A stretch of 64,000 nt of DNA from Octopus vulgaris (Eukaryota). The position numbers and the translations under genes were made by a program. A model generated the notes under the pieces. It saw nothing but the letters and a program-made list of their open reading frames with translations, ran no database searches and was not told the DNA's origin. The stretch covers positions 42,470,001-42,534,000 of the forward strand of contig OX597825.1 in assembly GCA_951406725.2 (NCBI GenBank), written 5' to 3'. Of the stretch, positions 26,119 to 39,714 are shown one piece after another (the first letter of the stretch is position 1; each line of letters opens with the position of its first letter).

Positions 26119-28758
26119 TAAATTCATTAAAAAACATCCTGCTTTTATGTAAGATAATTAGCTCATTTAATAAGGTTTCCAATTTATTTAGTTCTGCATC
26201 AACCGTAGCATTTGTAGATAGTGAAATCCTTTTAAAATTTTGACCCAGACCAATACTTTAATGATGCATTCAAAAGTTCATTGTGGCTTGGTTAGTTGGG
26301 AGCTGGAAATTTGTTAAGGCAGCATATTGTTTCCCTCGAAAATCAACCACAAGATTCAGTTTTAATGAATTCTATTTATTTCCATATTGACATCACAAAG
26401 GTTACTTGTTTAAGACTGTTATGCTGAATGCCAGTAGCTAGTGTGTGAAAATGTATGTTTGGTGTAAGGAGAAGAAAATGTAAGTTTTCATGCTTGGTGA
26501 GGTGGTCCTTTAGTGCAAGGTCAAAGTGGCATGACTTGCCTGTTGACCAAGTAAACCACTGCCATTTTCTACCAGTGCTTGCTCTTTTCTTTCTCTTGCT
26601 TATATTTCAAAATATATCAGTTTAGAAGCATCATTTGCTGTGAAACCACATGGAATTTTGGATTACTTTAACCACCTGCACAAATGGACAGGACAGTAAT
26701 TGACTAAAACATAAAATAAGATTACCTGACATGTGGTTCTTGTTTCTTACTGGGCTGATGCAATTTCAAAATGCTATAATGTAAATAAATTGGGATGCTT
26801 CTTATTTCTATAATTATTCCTGGAGGTAAATTCCGTATAAGGACTTAACTGCCTTTTAAAGAACTGCAAAAAATCTTAATACTTTTAACTCTTCCTAATT
26901 ACCATTAGAATCCAGCAGCAAAAATATAAGCAAGTTTTACACACACAAATACAGTCAATGGATTAAACTTGTCTGATAACTAGTTTCAATACTAGTTTTG
27001 ACCAAAACAGATAGAAAATAGAATATTGTGTACTTAGAGTGTCAATAAATGTGGCCAAATTTCTGCTCTTTTCAAGTATAGCCAACAAAATTCAATTGAT
27101 TTTTGCATTTTTAAAAATGAATATTGCCTTGAAGTATTGTCAAGATAAATATATAATACTAATTAGATCAGTTTATATGTGATGAATAAGGAGTAGTATC
27201 TACAATTACTCAAATTTATTTTGCATATTTATGTTCATTTCTAACTTGTTCACAATAACAAAAAATTCAATACCTCTAATACGATAAATAATTTACTTAT
27301 TTGTGTTCTCTTTTTAATTGAGGAAACATTAATGTTATCTAAATGTTCATTCATAATGGATCAAAGAATTCCAGAATTCTCAAGAAATTTCCACACTGAC
27401 CATGTCTTTAATCCATATTGTCATAGAAAGAGTATAGTATCCAGTACACTTTGAAAGTTTCTATAAAAGTTAAATAGTTTCAAACATTTGAATCAAAAAC
27501 CATCCACAAACAATTCATACAATTACCATGATACCAAGTTTTGCCACCTGGCATAAAAAAAAACCCTGTGATAAACACTTCTCTTGTGCTCTGACAAATT
27601 ACAATGCCATTGATGTTAGATGTTGTTCAATAGCAGTGTTCCAGAATGGTCACAACTTTTGGACTGAAATAAATAAAAGAATAAAAGAATTAAGTGACAA
27701 GAGGCATCATAAAAGGATTTTTACATTAGATCTAAATTGGCCACTAGCCTATTTTCAAAAGTTTTAAGTTTATGTTTCATTTAAGATTCAAAGCAATGTA
27801 TGGCTGAATCATTCTTTAGAAATTCTTATAGTATTTCAGTTTGATGAATTCTGATATTGTAAGAAGTACATATCAGACTTTCATCAAATATTTTGCTTAC
27901 AATCACTTAACCTTAATAACTTGATTAAATTTTTGTCCCTTAGATGATTTTTATCCATTTTATTTCCACAGCCAGATTTAAGACAATGATTTGCAAAAAT
28001 ACAAAGAAAGATATTCGCTAAATAAATGATAAACATCAATTTTTTGTTCAATTTGTATAATTTTAGTACAAATGACATTTGGTGGCTAACTGATAATGTA
28101 TGCTTATTTTCATTGATAACTACGACAGCCATCCTATATGGAGTTATTAGTTACTACTGAAATTTTAGTTGCTGCACAAGTAATTAATTTCAGAATCATT
28201 GATGATAATATTTATCACAAAAATAATTTCCATGGGTGGTTATTGAAATGGAAAAAATATAAAAGGAAAAATAGATAAAGACATATATGTGTATGCCTGT
28301 GTATATGCTTGTATATGCATGTGCATATGTATATATGCATATACACACTTTTCTCATATATATTCAAGCATTTTACAATTTCCTAATGTATTTTACTTTA
28401 AACAATGGCATCCCTCTCTGAAAGTGCTCTTGCGTATTTGTGTACATATCAGTGTCTGTGACTTTTAGTATGGCTGTGACCTTGTGTTTGTTTAAATCAA
28501 TGTAACTTACTCTGGGTAATTAACTTCAATAATGATAATTTTTTTACAGGCACACATAAATGTGTGCATACATATTCTTCCACACTGTCTTTTTCTCTCT
28601 CTAGTGATATATGAACATAAACACATATTGAAAGATGAAGTAATCTTTCCCACAACTAGCATAATCAATGTGTGTATGCATGTAGGTGTGTGTATATATG
28701 CATACATAAATACATCTGCACACACACACGTGTGTGTGTGCATGTGTGTATGCATATG

Positions 28759-28800
<42 letters not shown>

Positions 28801-29614
28801 GGTGTGTAAATAGAGTCATAATCAAAGCTTATTCCAGTACTCCAAAATTGTATGTAGATATTTGTGACATATGCATAAGTGTTGAAAAATAATGGAAAAT
28901 ATCTTTTGCATTATTGTTTAACAAAACAAAAAAAAATGAGAAAAAAGTTGGTACTGTTTATTCACCATTACATAGGATTCATTTGCTGGTAGGAGTTACA
29001 AAATTATAAATGTAGGAGAAATATGTAAAAAAAATTCTTGAGATAGAATCAAATTATTTGTTTCTCTTGTCTAAAGGATTTCTAATAGGAGAAATCTTGC
29101 ATGTTTATCCAACAGGTACAACTTTGTGACTCCTATTAGCAAATGAAACATGTGTAATGTTGAATAAATAGTACAAAAGCTTTATCCAGTTTTGTGTTTT
29201 TATATATATATATAAACACACACACACACACAAACAATAATCTCAACTATATTTCAATTGCATTTTCTTTGTTTCAATAACCAGCTATGCACTATTTTCC
29301 TGTGACAATAGTTTCTGCTCTGTCTTCCTTTTGTATCTCAGAAAATGAGTGAGGCTGGAAAGGAAGAGAAAGTGTAAGCAGAAAGAGAGCTTGTGAAGTA
29401 AAAGAGGGGAAGATGTTGTGTGTGTAGCTTTGAACCCCTGTTCTTTAAACGAGGCCATTTACAAATGCATGTTTGTGTGCCTGTGAGTGAGTGTGTATTA
29501 AGTATTTGCATGTATGCTCACATCTGTAGGTGTATGTTACTTTACCTTGCATTTGAGAATATATATGCAATTAACTCTAAGTAACTGAATGTAATATTTT
29601 TTTAATGCACATAG

Positions 29615-29997
29615 GGGCAGGTGTGGCTTGATGGCAAGAAGCTTGCTTCATAGCTGTATGGTCCTCGGTTCAGAGGTACTGCACTCCACCTTGGGCAAGA
29701 GTCTTCTACAAAACCTTGTGAGTGGATTTGGAAAATGGGAACTGAAAGAAGCCTGTCGTGTATATATATGTATGTATCTGTGTGTGTCTTTGTGTCTATG
29801 TTTGTCCCCCACCATTACTTGATAAGTGGAATAAGTGTGTTTGTGTCCCCATTACTTAGGCAGTTTGGCAAGAAGGACTGATAGAATAAGTAATACACTT
29901 AAAATGTGAGTCCCAGATTGACTTTTTTTAAATAAAACCCTTCAAAGTGGTGCCCCAGCATGACTGCAGTCAAATGGCTGAAACAAGATAAAAGATA
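29615..29997 (+). mobile_element. SINE family A
   Basis: Head, body and tail match 5620-6035. Confidence 0.88.
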
Positions 29998-30339
29998 ACT
30001 TTCCATGTGTGTGTATGTCCTTAATTATGTATAGTTACACACATTAGTAAGCATATTTGTGTGTATGAGCGCTTATCTGTATGCATTTGTAGTGCATGTG
30101 TTTATAAGAATGCATCTCTGTGTTTCTGTGTGTGCATGCATGTGTGTGTGTGTGTGTCCTCAATCAGTTGTCCTAAACCATTTTTCTCCTATTGGCCCCT
30201 TTGATTCCTCTTTTACTCTGCTTGATCTCCATAGCCATTCAATGGATATGAAAACAATCATACTCTATGCTTGTAATTAAACATTACAAGGAATTGTACA
30301 AAAAATTTAAATATGTGCATTGCAGAAGCAGAAGCAATT

Positions 30340-30718
30340 CATTCTTTTACTTATTTCAGTCATTTGACTGTGGCCACGCTGGAGTACCACTTCAAAGGGT
30401 TTTAGTTGAAGTTATCGACCCCAGGACTTATTCTGTGTAAGCCTAATACGTATTGTGTTAGTCTCATTTTACTGAACTGCTAAGTTACGGTGATGTAAAC
30501 ACACTAACATTAGTTGTCAAGCAATGATGGGGCAGACACATAGATATATACATATATGTATGATGCGTTTCTTTCAGTTTCCATCTGCCAAATCCACTCA
30601 TAAGTCTTTGGTTGGTGCTAGGTTATAGAAGACACTTGCCCAAGATGCCATGCAGTGGGACTCAACCAGAACCATATGGTTCTGAGGCAAGCTTCTTACC
30701 ACAAAGCTATGCCTGCAC
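30340..30718 (-). mobile_element. SINE family A, full length
   Basis: Reverse complement of family A. Confidence 0.9.
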
Positions 30719-30886
30719 ATAAATTTTAACAATACAATTTTATATGGGATCCCAAGGGCTAAATGGACCCTGGTTGAGAACTACTGGCTTACATCCATTT
30801 CTGTAATGTGTTCAATTACACAGTCTTAGTTTGGTAGAGGTCAACTGTCAGTCATTGAAAATATATATAAAAATAGTCACCAAGTA

Positions 30887-31050
30887 GGCTCAGGTGTGGC
30901 TGTGTGGTAAGAAGTTTGCTTCCCAACAACATAGTTCCAGGTTCAGTTGCATTGCATAGCCCCTTAGGCAAGAGTCTTCTACTATAGCCTCAGGTCAGAT
31001 AAAGCCTCATGAGTGGATTTGGTGGATGGAAACTGAAAGAAATCTGTCAT
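30887..31050 (+). mobile_element. SINE family A 5' half
   Basis: gtggctgtgtggtaagaagtttgcttccc...ggaaactgaaagaa. Confidence 0.85.
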
Positions 31051-31200
31051 CTAGTACATACAAATCACAGTGTGTGTGTATAATGACTAACTCATATATT
31101 TCCACAATTCTCAACCGATTTTCACCAAACTTTACACACACATTACTTATGTCCCAAGGATGGTCATGCTCTATAACATTTTGTCCAGAGCTCCTGTTTA
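31050..31200 (+). mobile_element. Helitron-like non-autonomous 5' segment
   Basis: tctagtacatacaaatc..gtgtgtg..ttctcaaccgattttcaccaaacttt, with the same architecture as 33061 and 40551(-). Confidence 0.55.
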
Positions 31201-31229
31201 AATAGACCTAAATAAACATAGTTTTTTTG

Positions 31230-31912
31230 CACAGGACCAATCAGGTGGCACTTGTAGTGACTACGCTTGAATGATGCTTTTTACGTGCCACCGGCTTGGG
31301 TGCTAATCAGGCAGTACTGTCATCGGTCATGACAATGACTTCACTTGACTCAACAGAACTTGGCAAGCGCAGTTTATTGCTCATTAATTGAAGAGTACTC
31401 TTAAATAGGCCGGTTATGCTTCACTGGCATAGGCCATGGTTATGGTCTCACTTGGTTTGCAGGGTCTTCTCAAGCACAGCATATCTCCAAAGGTCTCAGT
31501 CATTTATCACCTTCATGAGGTCCAATGTTCAAAGGTCGTGCTTCACCACCTCATCCCAGGTCTTCCTGGCTCTACCACTTCCACAGGTTCCCTCTACTGC
31601 TAGAGTGTGAGACTTTTTCACACAGCTGTCCTCATCCATATGCAACACATGACCATACTAGTGCAGTAACCTCTCCTGCACACCAACCTGATGCTTCTTA
31701 TGTCTAACTTTTCTCTCAGGGTGCTTACACTCTGTTATGTATGCACACTGACATTACACATCCAGCAGAGCATACTAGCTTCATTTCTTGCAAGCTTACG
31801 CATGTCCTCAGCAGTCACAGCCCATGTTTCACTGCCATGTAGCGTGGCAGTTTGCACACACGCATCATACAGTCTACCTTTCACCCTGATTGAGAAGCCC
31901 TTTGTCACCAGC
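31230..31912 (-). mobile_element. Fragment of the 51.8-kb RTE family (ORF C-terminus and 3' UTR)
   Basis: Reverse complement of the ~53845-54310 region (GRLYDACV..LHGSETWAVTAEDMRKLARNEASML). Confidence 0.92.
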
Positions 31913-31949
31913 AGATATTATGCAACAAAGACCTATCACTGGCACCTTA

Positions 31950-33035
31950 AATTCCAAGCCATCAATATATGAAGTAATGACATCAATAAGTAAATTGAAT
32001 CTTGGTAGGGAACCTGGAAAGGAAGGAATTTGTGTTGAGGTTTTATGATTTGGTAGAGGAACAATGGATATGACTTTCACAGCAAGATAGATGCAGAAGT
32101 GCTATGAGCAGAATATTCATTGATTTAACCAAGGCCTTTGATACTGTTAATAGGGCCTTGCTATGGAAAATACTTGGAAAACTTGGATGTTCAGATCACT
32201 TTGTATCTATAATTAAATCATTTCATGATGGGATGGAGGCTTGGGTCAATGTTGGTGGTGACATAGTGGGACCCATTCCTGTAGAAAATGGTGTCAAGTA
32301 GGATGACATCCTTGTCCCAACTCTCTTTTCTTTGTACTTTGCTGTTGCTTTTATACATGCTTTTGTCAAGTTTACCTCTCTGGGAATATATGTCAGGTAT
32401 CGATCTTCTGGACTCTTCCTTTATCTGCACCAATTTGCTGCCAATTCAAAAGTTTTTCAGTCTCTTATTCATACCTCCTTTATGCAGATGACTGTGACTT
32501 AGTCACTCATTCAGTGACTGACATGCAATACTTATGGATTGTATTTCTGCTTCTTGCAAGGCATTTAAACTCAGCATTAACCTGGACAAGACTGTGGTAA
32601 TGTTCCAGCCTGCACCAGGAAATGCAGTTATTTTGGTTGAAGGAACAATACTGAAAGTGGTAGACATGTATGTCTACCTGGGCAGCACACTCAGCCATTC
32701 TTGCTCGCTGGATGATGAAATATTTTTCAGGCTGCAGGACTCTTCAGGCTCCTGTCTGGTCTCAGCATGACCTCACAAGGCAAACAAAAATTGCTGTGTA
32801 CCATGCAAGTTTACTGTCATTTCTCCGTTACTCATGTGAGACATGGACCCTTTACAAACCTCATGTAAAGGTCCTTGAATGCTTTCATCAGAGATGTTAG
32901 AGACACATTCTGAATGTTGGTGAGACCTCAAAAACTCCAGACACACAGGTCCTGAGGACAGCTGATTCTTTGAGTATTGAGGTGATGGTGCACAAGCACT
33001 GATTACGTTGGACTGGACACCTTATTGGAATGATG
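31950..33035 (+). mobile_element. Decayed BovB-like RTE LINE RT region
   Basis: FIDLTKAFDTVNRALLWKILGKLGC..SFHDGM..NGVK; LLYADD; YLGSTLS; YSCETWTLY..LECFHQRC, with frameshifts. Confidence 0.9.
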
Positions 33036-33060
33036 AAGGGTGGCAGCTAGTATATATATA

Positions 33061-33486
33061 TCTATATATATAAAACTCTAGTTGTGTGAGTGTCTGTCCC
33101 CTTCGATTTAGATTCCTAACTCCTCCCACATTTTGCGGTGCAGTTTAATCAAATTCGGGTATCTTATAGTCGTGATTCATATCGAGCCCGTCTGACTATT
33201 AGCACGCGTCAACGATGAGTCTACAATTTTAAAAATAATTTAACATCATTTTTTATTCCATTTTAATGCATAAAATGCATCGTATGTCGATGGCGGCGGA
33301 GTTGGCGTCCACGCTCACAGCTGCACCTGTTTGGCTGTGGGGAAGGGAGTGTAAAGAAATCAACGTCGTAATGCGTTGTCAGGAAACCACGTTCTTTTAG
33401 AACAACGACTTCATGGCTTGAAGACACCAAAACAAAATGGCTAAGAAAGCCGAATTTATAAGGAAGTAACTCCCCCTTACTGCTAG
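33061..33486 (+). mobile_element. Non-autonomous Helitron
   Basis: Begins A|TCTATATATATAAAA, ends CTAG|T, no TSD; CpG retained. Confidence 0.75.
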
Positions 33487-33501
33487 TATATATATATATA
33501 T

Positions 33502-34995
33502 CACTTCACCCTACGTGGATACCCCCTCACCACTATCCACACCGCCCTCCAGGCGGTCCGTGGACCGTGTATCTGCTGAACCCGCCCTGTAGTCTCCCGC
33601 CTCCTTTTCCCCTCACTTACCACCCCACGACCCTACGTCTCCAACGCACCATTCTTCGAGCTTTCCGTCATCTCCAGTCCGACCCGTCCACTTCACACCT
33701 CTTCCCTAACCGACCCCTCCCTCTTTCAAACGAGCCCACAACCTTCGAGACCTTTTGGTCCATAGCTCCTTCCCTGACCCTACCTCCCAACCCGGCTCGT
33801 TCCCCTGCTCCCGCCCACGTTGCCGCACTTGCCCTTACCTCTCCAACACCACCCGCCTCACTGCACCCACCCTCGTATCCCATCATCCACTCCTTCACCT
33901 GCACCTCCAGCAATATTATCTATTGCATCTCTTGCTCTCTCTGCACCTTGTACATCGGACAAACGGGACGCCGCTTTCGCGGAACACCTTCGTGACATCC
34001 ACCTTGCGAACGACACACCGGTCTCACGCCATTTCCGCTCCACGGTCACTCCTGCAACACCTATCTGTGTTCGGTTTGTCCTTACACAGAGGCCATCCGG
34101 ATTCCCGTTTGCGCCGTGAACAGGAATTAATCTTCTCTCGCTCTTATACGCCATTTGGTCTCAACTCTCCCCCCTCCTCATCTAACCCCCTCTCCCCCTC
34201 CTCACCTATCCTTTCCCCCGACCCTACTTCTTCAGTCCTTCATCCTTTCACCCTACTCCCTTCCCTTCTTCCTCTTTCTCCCTCCCTCTTCCCCTTCCCT
34301 CTGCTCCCTCACTCCCTCTCTCCCCTTCTCTCCCCCTCTCCCTCTCCTCCTTCATCCCCCTCCTCCCCTTCCTTCTCCCCATCCTCTCCTCTTCCCCTTC
34401 TCCCCTCTTCTTCCCTCCCCTTCCCCCTCTTCTCCCCTCCCCTCTTCTCCTCACTACACCACATGACTTTACACATCACATCACATATGATGTGCCATAG
34501 TACTAATACATACTAGTACATACTAATACTTACACCAACCCTATACATACACACGTCCAGACCCGCATACGCACTTATACTCTCTCACACACACACACAC
34601 ACACCTATACATACCAATACGTACTAATACATACTAATACATACTAATACATACACCAACCCCATACATACGCACGTCCAGACAATCCTACGCACTAATA
34701 TATAGACCCCTTTTTAGCTGGTCCCTCAACCCTTTTATCAACCCTATTATCTCCCCTTATTTCGCTCTCGCGTCTCATGTTTGATCTTTGACCTCTGGCC
34801 GAAATCAGATCGCCATGTTGATTCGTTAGCTACTGCACGCATTTTTTTCTCTCCTTCTTTCTGTGTTTTTCTCTCTGTGTATCTTTCTGTTGAAGAGCGT
34901 AGGCTCGAAACGTTAAAGACTTGTTTTATTTATATTTCCTGAGCGCCATACTAATACAATTGTTCGTTTGTTTTCCACCTATATCTTTTGTTTAT

Positions 34996-35001
<6 letters not shown>
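33502..35001 (+). mobile_element. 5'-truncated Penelope-like element (Neptune-type), GIY-YIG endonuclease region plus pLTR, in (TA)n
   Basis: Frameshifted ORFs: PLTYHP..NLRDLLVHS..PCSRPRCRTCP..FTCTSSNIIYCISCSLC.LYIGQTGR..FAEHLRDI..VSRHF..REQELIF..PFGLN; TA repeats at 33487 and 35002. Confidence 0.92.
34882..34919 (+). ncRNA. Minimal type-I hammerhead ribozyme motif (core variant CUGUUGA) in the Penelope pLTR
   Basis: tcttt-CTGTTGA-a-gagc(gtag)gctc-GAAA-cg-tt-aaaga: stem I tcttt/aaaga, stem II gagc/gctc, palindromic stem III ACGT. Confidence 0.7.
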
Positions 35002-35033
<32 letters not shown>

Positions 35034-35516
35034 AATAGGTACCGGGCTCGATTCATTCAACTAAAAATTCAAGGCAGTGCCCCAGCATGGCTTCAATGTA
35101 ATAACTGAAACAAATACAAAAGATAAGTAAATGATTGTGTGTGGGTACGTATATGCTCTTATGAGTAGCTGTCAAATGTATATAAAACATGTAGAGTATT
35201 TTTACATGAGCATCTTTGTATATTCTTGTATGTGTGTGTGTGTTTACGTAATTAACTCTGGGTAATTAACTGAAATAATTATTGCTTTTAATATTCCCAT
35301 ATGATTTTGTGTGTATACATACATATGTAGGTTTGTTTATAGGCACAAATATATGCATGTGCAGACATATAAATGTTGCAGTATTATAGCAAGTAAAGCA
35401 TTTATAAAAAATACAACTCATTAATTTCATTTATGTCTCTCATATTTGTTGTAATATAAACATTTAACAAAACACTACTTTCTGAATGCCAAAGGCTATT
35501 TGCATAGATGTTTGTG

Positions 35517-35520
<4 letters not shown>

Positions 35521-35552
<32 letters not shown>

Positions 35553-35648
35553 TGTCTGTCTGTCAGTGCGCACATGTGTAGCAGCAGCAGCAGCAGTAGA
35601 AGTAGCAGTAGTAGTAGTAGCAGTAGTAGTAGTAGTAGTAGTAGTAGC

Positions 35649-35680
<32 letters not shown>

Positions 35681-35710
35681 CAGAAGTAGTAGTAGTAGTA
35701 GTAGTAGTAG
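35521..35710. repeat. (GT)n plus compound (GCA)/(GTA)n microsatellite
   Basis: Direct inspection. Confidence 0.98.
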
Positions 35711-37100
35711 ACAACACCTCACTATTATACTCCATCAATTACACAACTGTACATTCTGCTAATAACATAGAATTGTATTTATCATAATTTGATATTTTAC
35801 GAGTTCTTTCCCTGGTAAAATTCATTGCCGACTCCCCTTCTAAATGGCCGCAGGTTATAGTGAATTTTTTTCAATATATTGAGAGAGTTAGTACAGCTTC
35901 TTAGCATCTAATACATGCTTCAGACCCCTGATTTTGCAAGTGTTAGCAAACTGATCAGCAACTCATTAAAACTCCACATAATAACCATTTTTCTCGCTTT
36001 GCCTTTGCGATGTGCTTTTTATCGTGTGTGGCTTTCACTTTTTAAGAAAGTCCTCTTAATCTATATGAGACCTGTTATGAAAGTGTATGATGCTGGTACA
36101 AATCCAGTGTGTGCCTTTGGCCTCAAATATTGCATGTTAATATTTTATTTCCCTCTATCAGGAGTTCCAAAACTCAGTAGGATCATGATTTTAAACCTTA
36201 GAATTTTTGGGAATATGAGCAGCATGAAATTTCATCTTGTTCTATTTGTTGCCTGCTATGACCACCTTGCAATACGTATAGTTTGTGATCAGTAGCAGTT
36301 TATATAAATATAATAACTGATAAAGGAAACAGAAGATAGATTTTATACTAGTCTTTATTTAGTACCTTCTGTTTCCTTCCATTATTATTACCTCGACTAG
36401 CACTGTAGAATTCCTGAGATAGATCCAGAGGAAATATACTCCAACTGGATGACACCAGGTAGCCCAAAACTGTGAAGGTGCTTTACTCAACACACTAACT
36501 GACATCGTTAGTCCAGAAAATTACGCACACACATACACGCAAGCACACACACACACACACACACACAGTGAGCAGTGACTGGTCACTGCTATCAGTTTTA
36601 CAATCACGTAGTCATTGAAGAAATGTTTCAGTTTGCAAAGTAGTTTATTTTATGCAAAATCCACTGTCTAGACACTGAAAAAGTCAATCTAACTGCCGAA
36701 AACTCTTCAAAATCCCAGTGACAGGATCCTCCAACTATCTGGATGCTTGTTTTCTTTCCCACTAAATCCTTTTCTTTCCTGGGTTTATAGTAACAGCCAT
36801 TGATTCTAGGTTTTGTTTTCATGTGTGGAATTCATCGTATTTTTCAATAATTCCATCTCTTAAACATAGTACATCATCATAGAGAATTTCCCATAAACAA
36901 CTGATCTAAAATGTTATGGTCTTGAAAATTAACCCTAAATCACATAACACACATACACATGTACATATATAAGTGTGTGTGTACTTTCATAAATGCATAT
37001 GCATATGTAGATCATGTAAGCCTCTTAAATATGTGAAGGACATTAAAAGCAAGTTTGATGTATATAGTGTGTATGTATTACGTAAATGATAGTTTCTTGT

Positions 37101-37399
37101 GATATCTATTTCTTTACTACCCACAAGAGGCTAAACACAGAGAGGACAAACAAGGACAGACAAACGAATTTAGGTCGATTGTATCGACCCCAGTGCATAA
37201 CTGGTACTTAATTCATCAACCCCGAAAGGATGAAAGGTAAAGTCGACATCACAAAAAGGCAGCGAGCTAGCAGAAACGTTAGCATGCTGGGTGAAATGCG
37301 TAGCCATATTTTGTCTGCCATTATGCTCTGCGTTCAAATTCTGCCAATGTCGACTTTACCTTTCATCCTTTCGGGGTCGATGAATTAAGTACCAGTTAT
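37101..37399. mobile_element. SINE family B with 5' inversion and duplicated core
   Basis: 37101-37250 is the 3' half on -, 37256-37399 is the 5' half on +, and about 52 nt of core is present in both. Confidence 0.85.
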
Positions 37400-39490
37400 G
37401 TCCTTGGGGATTCTGCCATCTTCCATACAGCTAACATGTCCAAGCCATCTCATACGTCTTTGTGTTAGGAGTGCAAACATGCTTGGTATTCCTGCTTGCT
37501 TGAAGACATCTTTGTTGGGGACATGATTCTGCCATTTGATGCGAAGGATTTTCTGGAGGCAGCGCAGGTGAAAGATATTTAGGCGACGCTCTTGGCGTGT
37601 GTATGGCATCCAAGTCTCACTTCCATACAGTAGAGTGCTAAGTACATATGCCTGGTAAATCATTTTTGTGGTCTTGGTCAGCTTATGGTCCCATGCCCAT
37701 TTGGAGAGTTGGGCCGTCACAGCAGTTGATGAGCCTTTGTAGGGCTTCTTCTGTGTGTGATACCAGAACGGCACCATCAACAAATAGCATCTCCTTGATC
37801 AGGACGCTTCTGATTTTGGTCTTGGCATGCAGACACGAGAGATTGAACAGTTTCCCATCACTTCTACTGTGCAGAAACACTCCATCATCTGATGTCTCAA
37901 AGGCATGTGACAGCAGCAGCAAGAAGAAGATGCCAAATAATGTAGGAGCAAGGACACAACCTTGCTTTACCCCATTTTTTATTTGGAAGGCGGCTGATGT
38001 TGAACTATTGTGCTGTATGGTGCCTTGCATATCATCATGGAAAGATTTGATGATCATCAGCAGCTTTGGTGGACATCTGATTTTTTGGAGTAGGATGAAG
38101 AGGCCTTTTCTACTTACTAAGTCAAAGGCCTTTGTCAGATCAATGAAGGCCATATATAATGGCATTTTCTGCTCTCTGGACTTCTCCTGAAGTTGGCGTA
38201 TGGGGTATATCATGTCAATAGTTGATCTGCTTTTTCTAAAGCCACACTGCGATTCTGGATAAATTCAATAAGCAAGTAGTTGTAGCCTGGACAAGATAAT
38301 GCGAGCAAAGGCCTTTCCAACAGTGCTTAGAAGAGATATTCCATGGTAATTGTTACAGTCACCATGGTCACCTTTGTTTTTGTAAAGCGTAATGATGTTA
38401 GCATCCCGCATATCTTGAGGGACTGTACCCTCTTCCCAGTACTGACACAGAAGCTCATGAAGGTGCCGAAGCAGGATGGTGTTTTTGCTGGTTTTGATGA
38501 TCTCTAAGGGAATGCCGTCTTTTCCTGGAGCCTTGTTACTTGTTAGGGAGTCAATAGCCTTGGTGAGCTCTGCTATAGATGGCAGACTGTCAAGTTTGCA
38601 CATGACTGGCAAGATCTTGACACCCTCGATTACAGCCTCAGCTACCGTGGTCTCCTGTGAGTAGAGATCCTGGTAGTACTCCACCCATCTATCCATTTGC
38701 TTGCTTTGGTCCATGATGAGATCTCCAGTAGTTGATTTCAGAGGGGCTGATTTGGTTGCAGATGGACAGAGGGCCTTCTTCAAACTGGCATACATCCCAT
38801 GGGTGTTGCCACTGTCAGCAGCTGACTGGATACTCTGACAGATTTCCTGCCAATACCTATTTGCACAGCATCTGACAGTCAGTTGGGTTTTATTTCTTGC
38901 CTTTCTGAGTTCTTTGTGTGACTTTATAGAAGAATCCCTCTTGTATTGCATCAGAGCTGCATGCTTTGCTTCGATAACTGTTTCCAGCTCTGAGAGCCCA
39001 GCATTGAACCAATCTGGGTTTTGCCTTTCTCTCATGCCGAAAGTATCTATTGATGTGGTATTCAAAGCTTCCCCGATATAATTCCACCTACTTCCAGCAG
39101 AGGAGATTGGGCAGCTACTGAGGGCAACTTTGATAGAAAAAGCAAAACATTGTTGCAGTGTAGGGTCCGAGGTTCTGGCAGTGTTAATTTGTGGTCGGCC
39201 CATTTTCTTGGAGTGATGGACATTTTTAGGCAGAATCCCCACCCTGCTTCTTATTAGTGAATGATCTGTGTCACAATCCATGCTGTGGTAACTATGGGTC
39301 AGTTAAACCGAATTCAGAAAGGATCTTCATGTAATGATGAGATCCAGCTGATGCCAGTGGTGAGATCTTTGATGTCTTCAAGATGTCTTGTGGGATGTCT
39401 TGTTGGCAAAGAATGTGTTAGTGATGCACAGGTTATGGTATGTGCAAAATTCAAGAAGTCTCTGACTATTGTCATTCATGTTGCCAATAC
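37400..39490 (-). mobile_element. BovB-like RTE LINE (APE C-terminus + RT), frameshifted and internally deleted
   Basis: ORFs 38265-39281 (DTDHSL..KAPGKDGIP..YKNKGD..NYHGISLLS), 37683-38213 (FIDLTKAFDLVSR..GVKQGCVLAPTLF..LFVDG) and 37385-37783 (LLYGSETW..RWLGHV). Confidence 0.95.
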
Positions 39491-39564
39491 CAAAACACAT
39501 ACACTTACATATATACATACATATATATACAATTGATTTGTTTCAGTTCCTGTCTACGAAATCC

Positions 39565-39595
<31 letters not shown>

Positions 39596-39597
39596 TG

Positions 39598-39636
<39 letters not shown>

Positions 39637-39714
39637 ACAAAGATAAATTGATAGATACAACTGAGTGGGCAAACAAAAATATGAGTCACTGTGTAGTGCT
39701 TTTTTATATTTTGA

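Noticed and set aside
26130-26860. Short open minus-strand frames (GLGQNFKRISL.., VLIRNLPPGII..)
   Set aside because: No consistent pair of splice sites and no recognisable homology
27630-27690. Strong-looking splice acceptor on the minus strand
   Set aside because: It is the SINE family A 3' tail, and all three downstream frames stop quickly
34155-34466. Pro/Ser-rich ORFs
   Set aside because: Polypyrimidine tract in the Penelope 3' region
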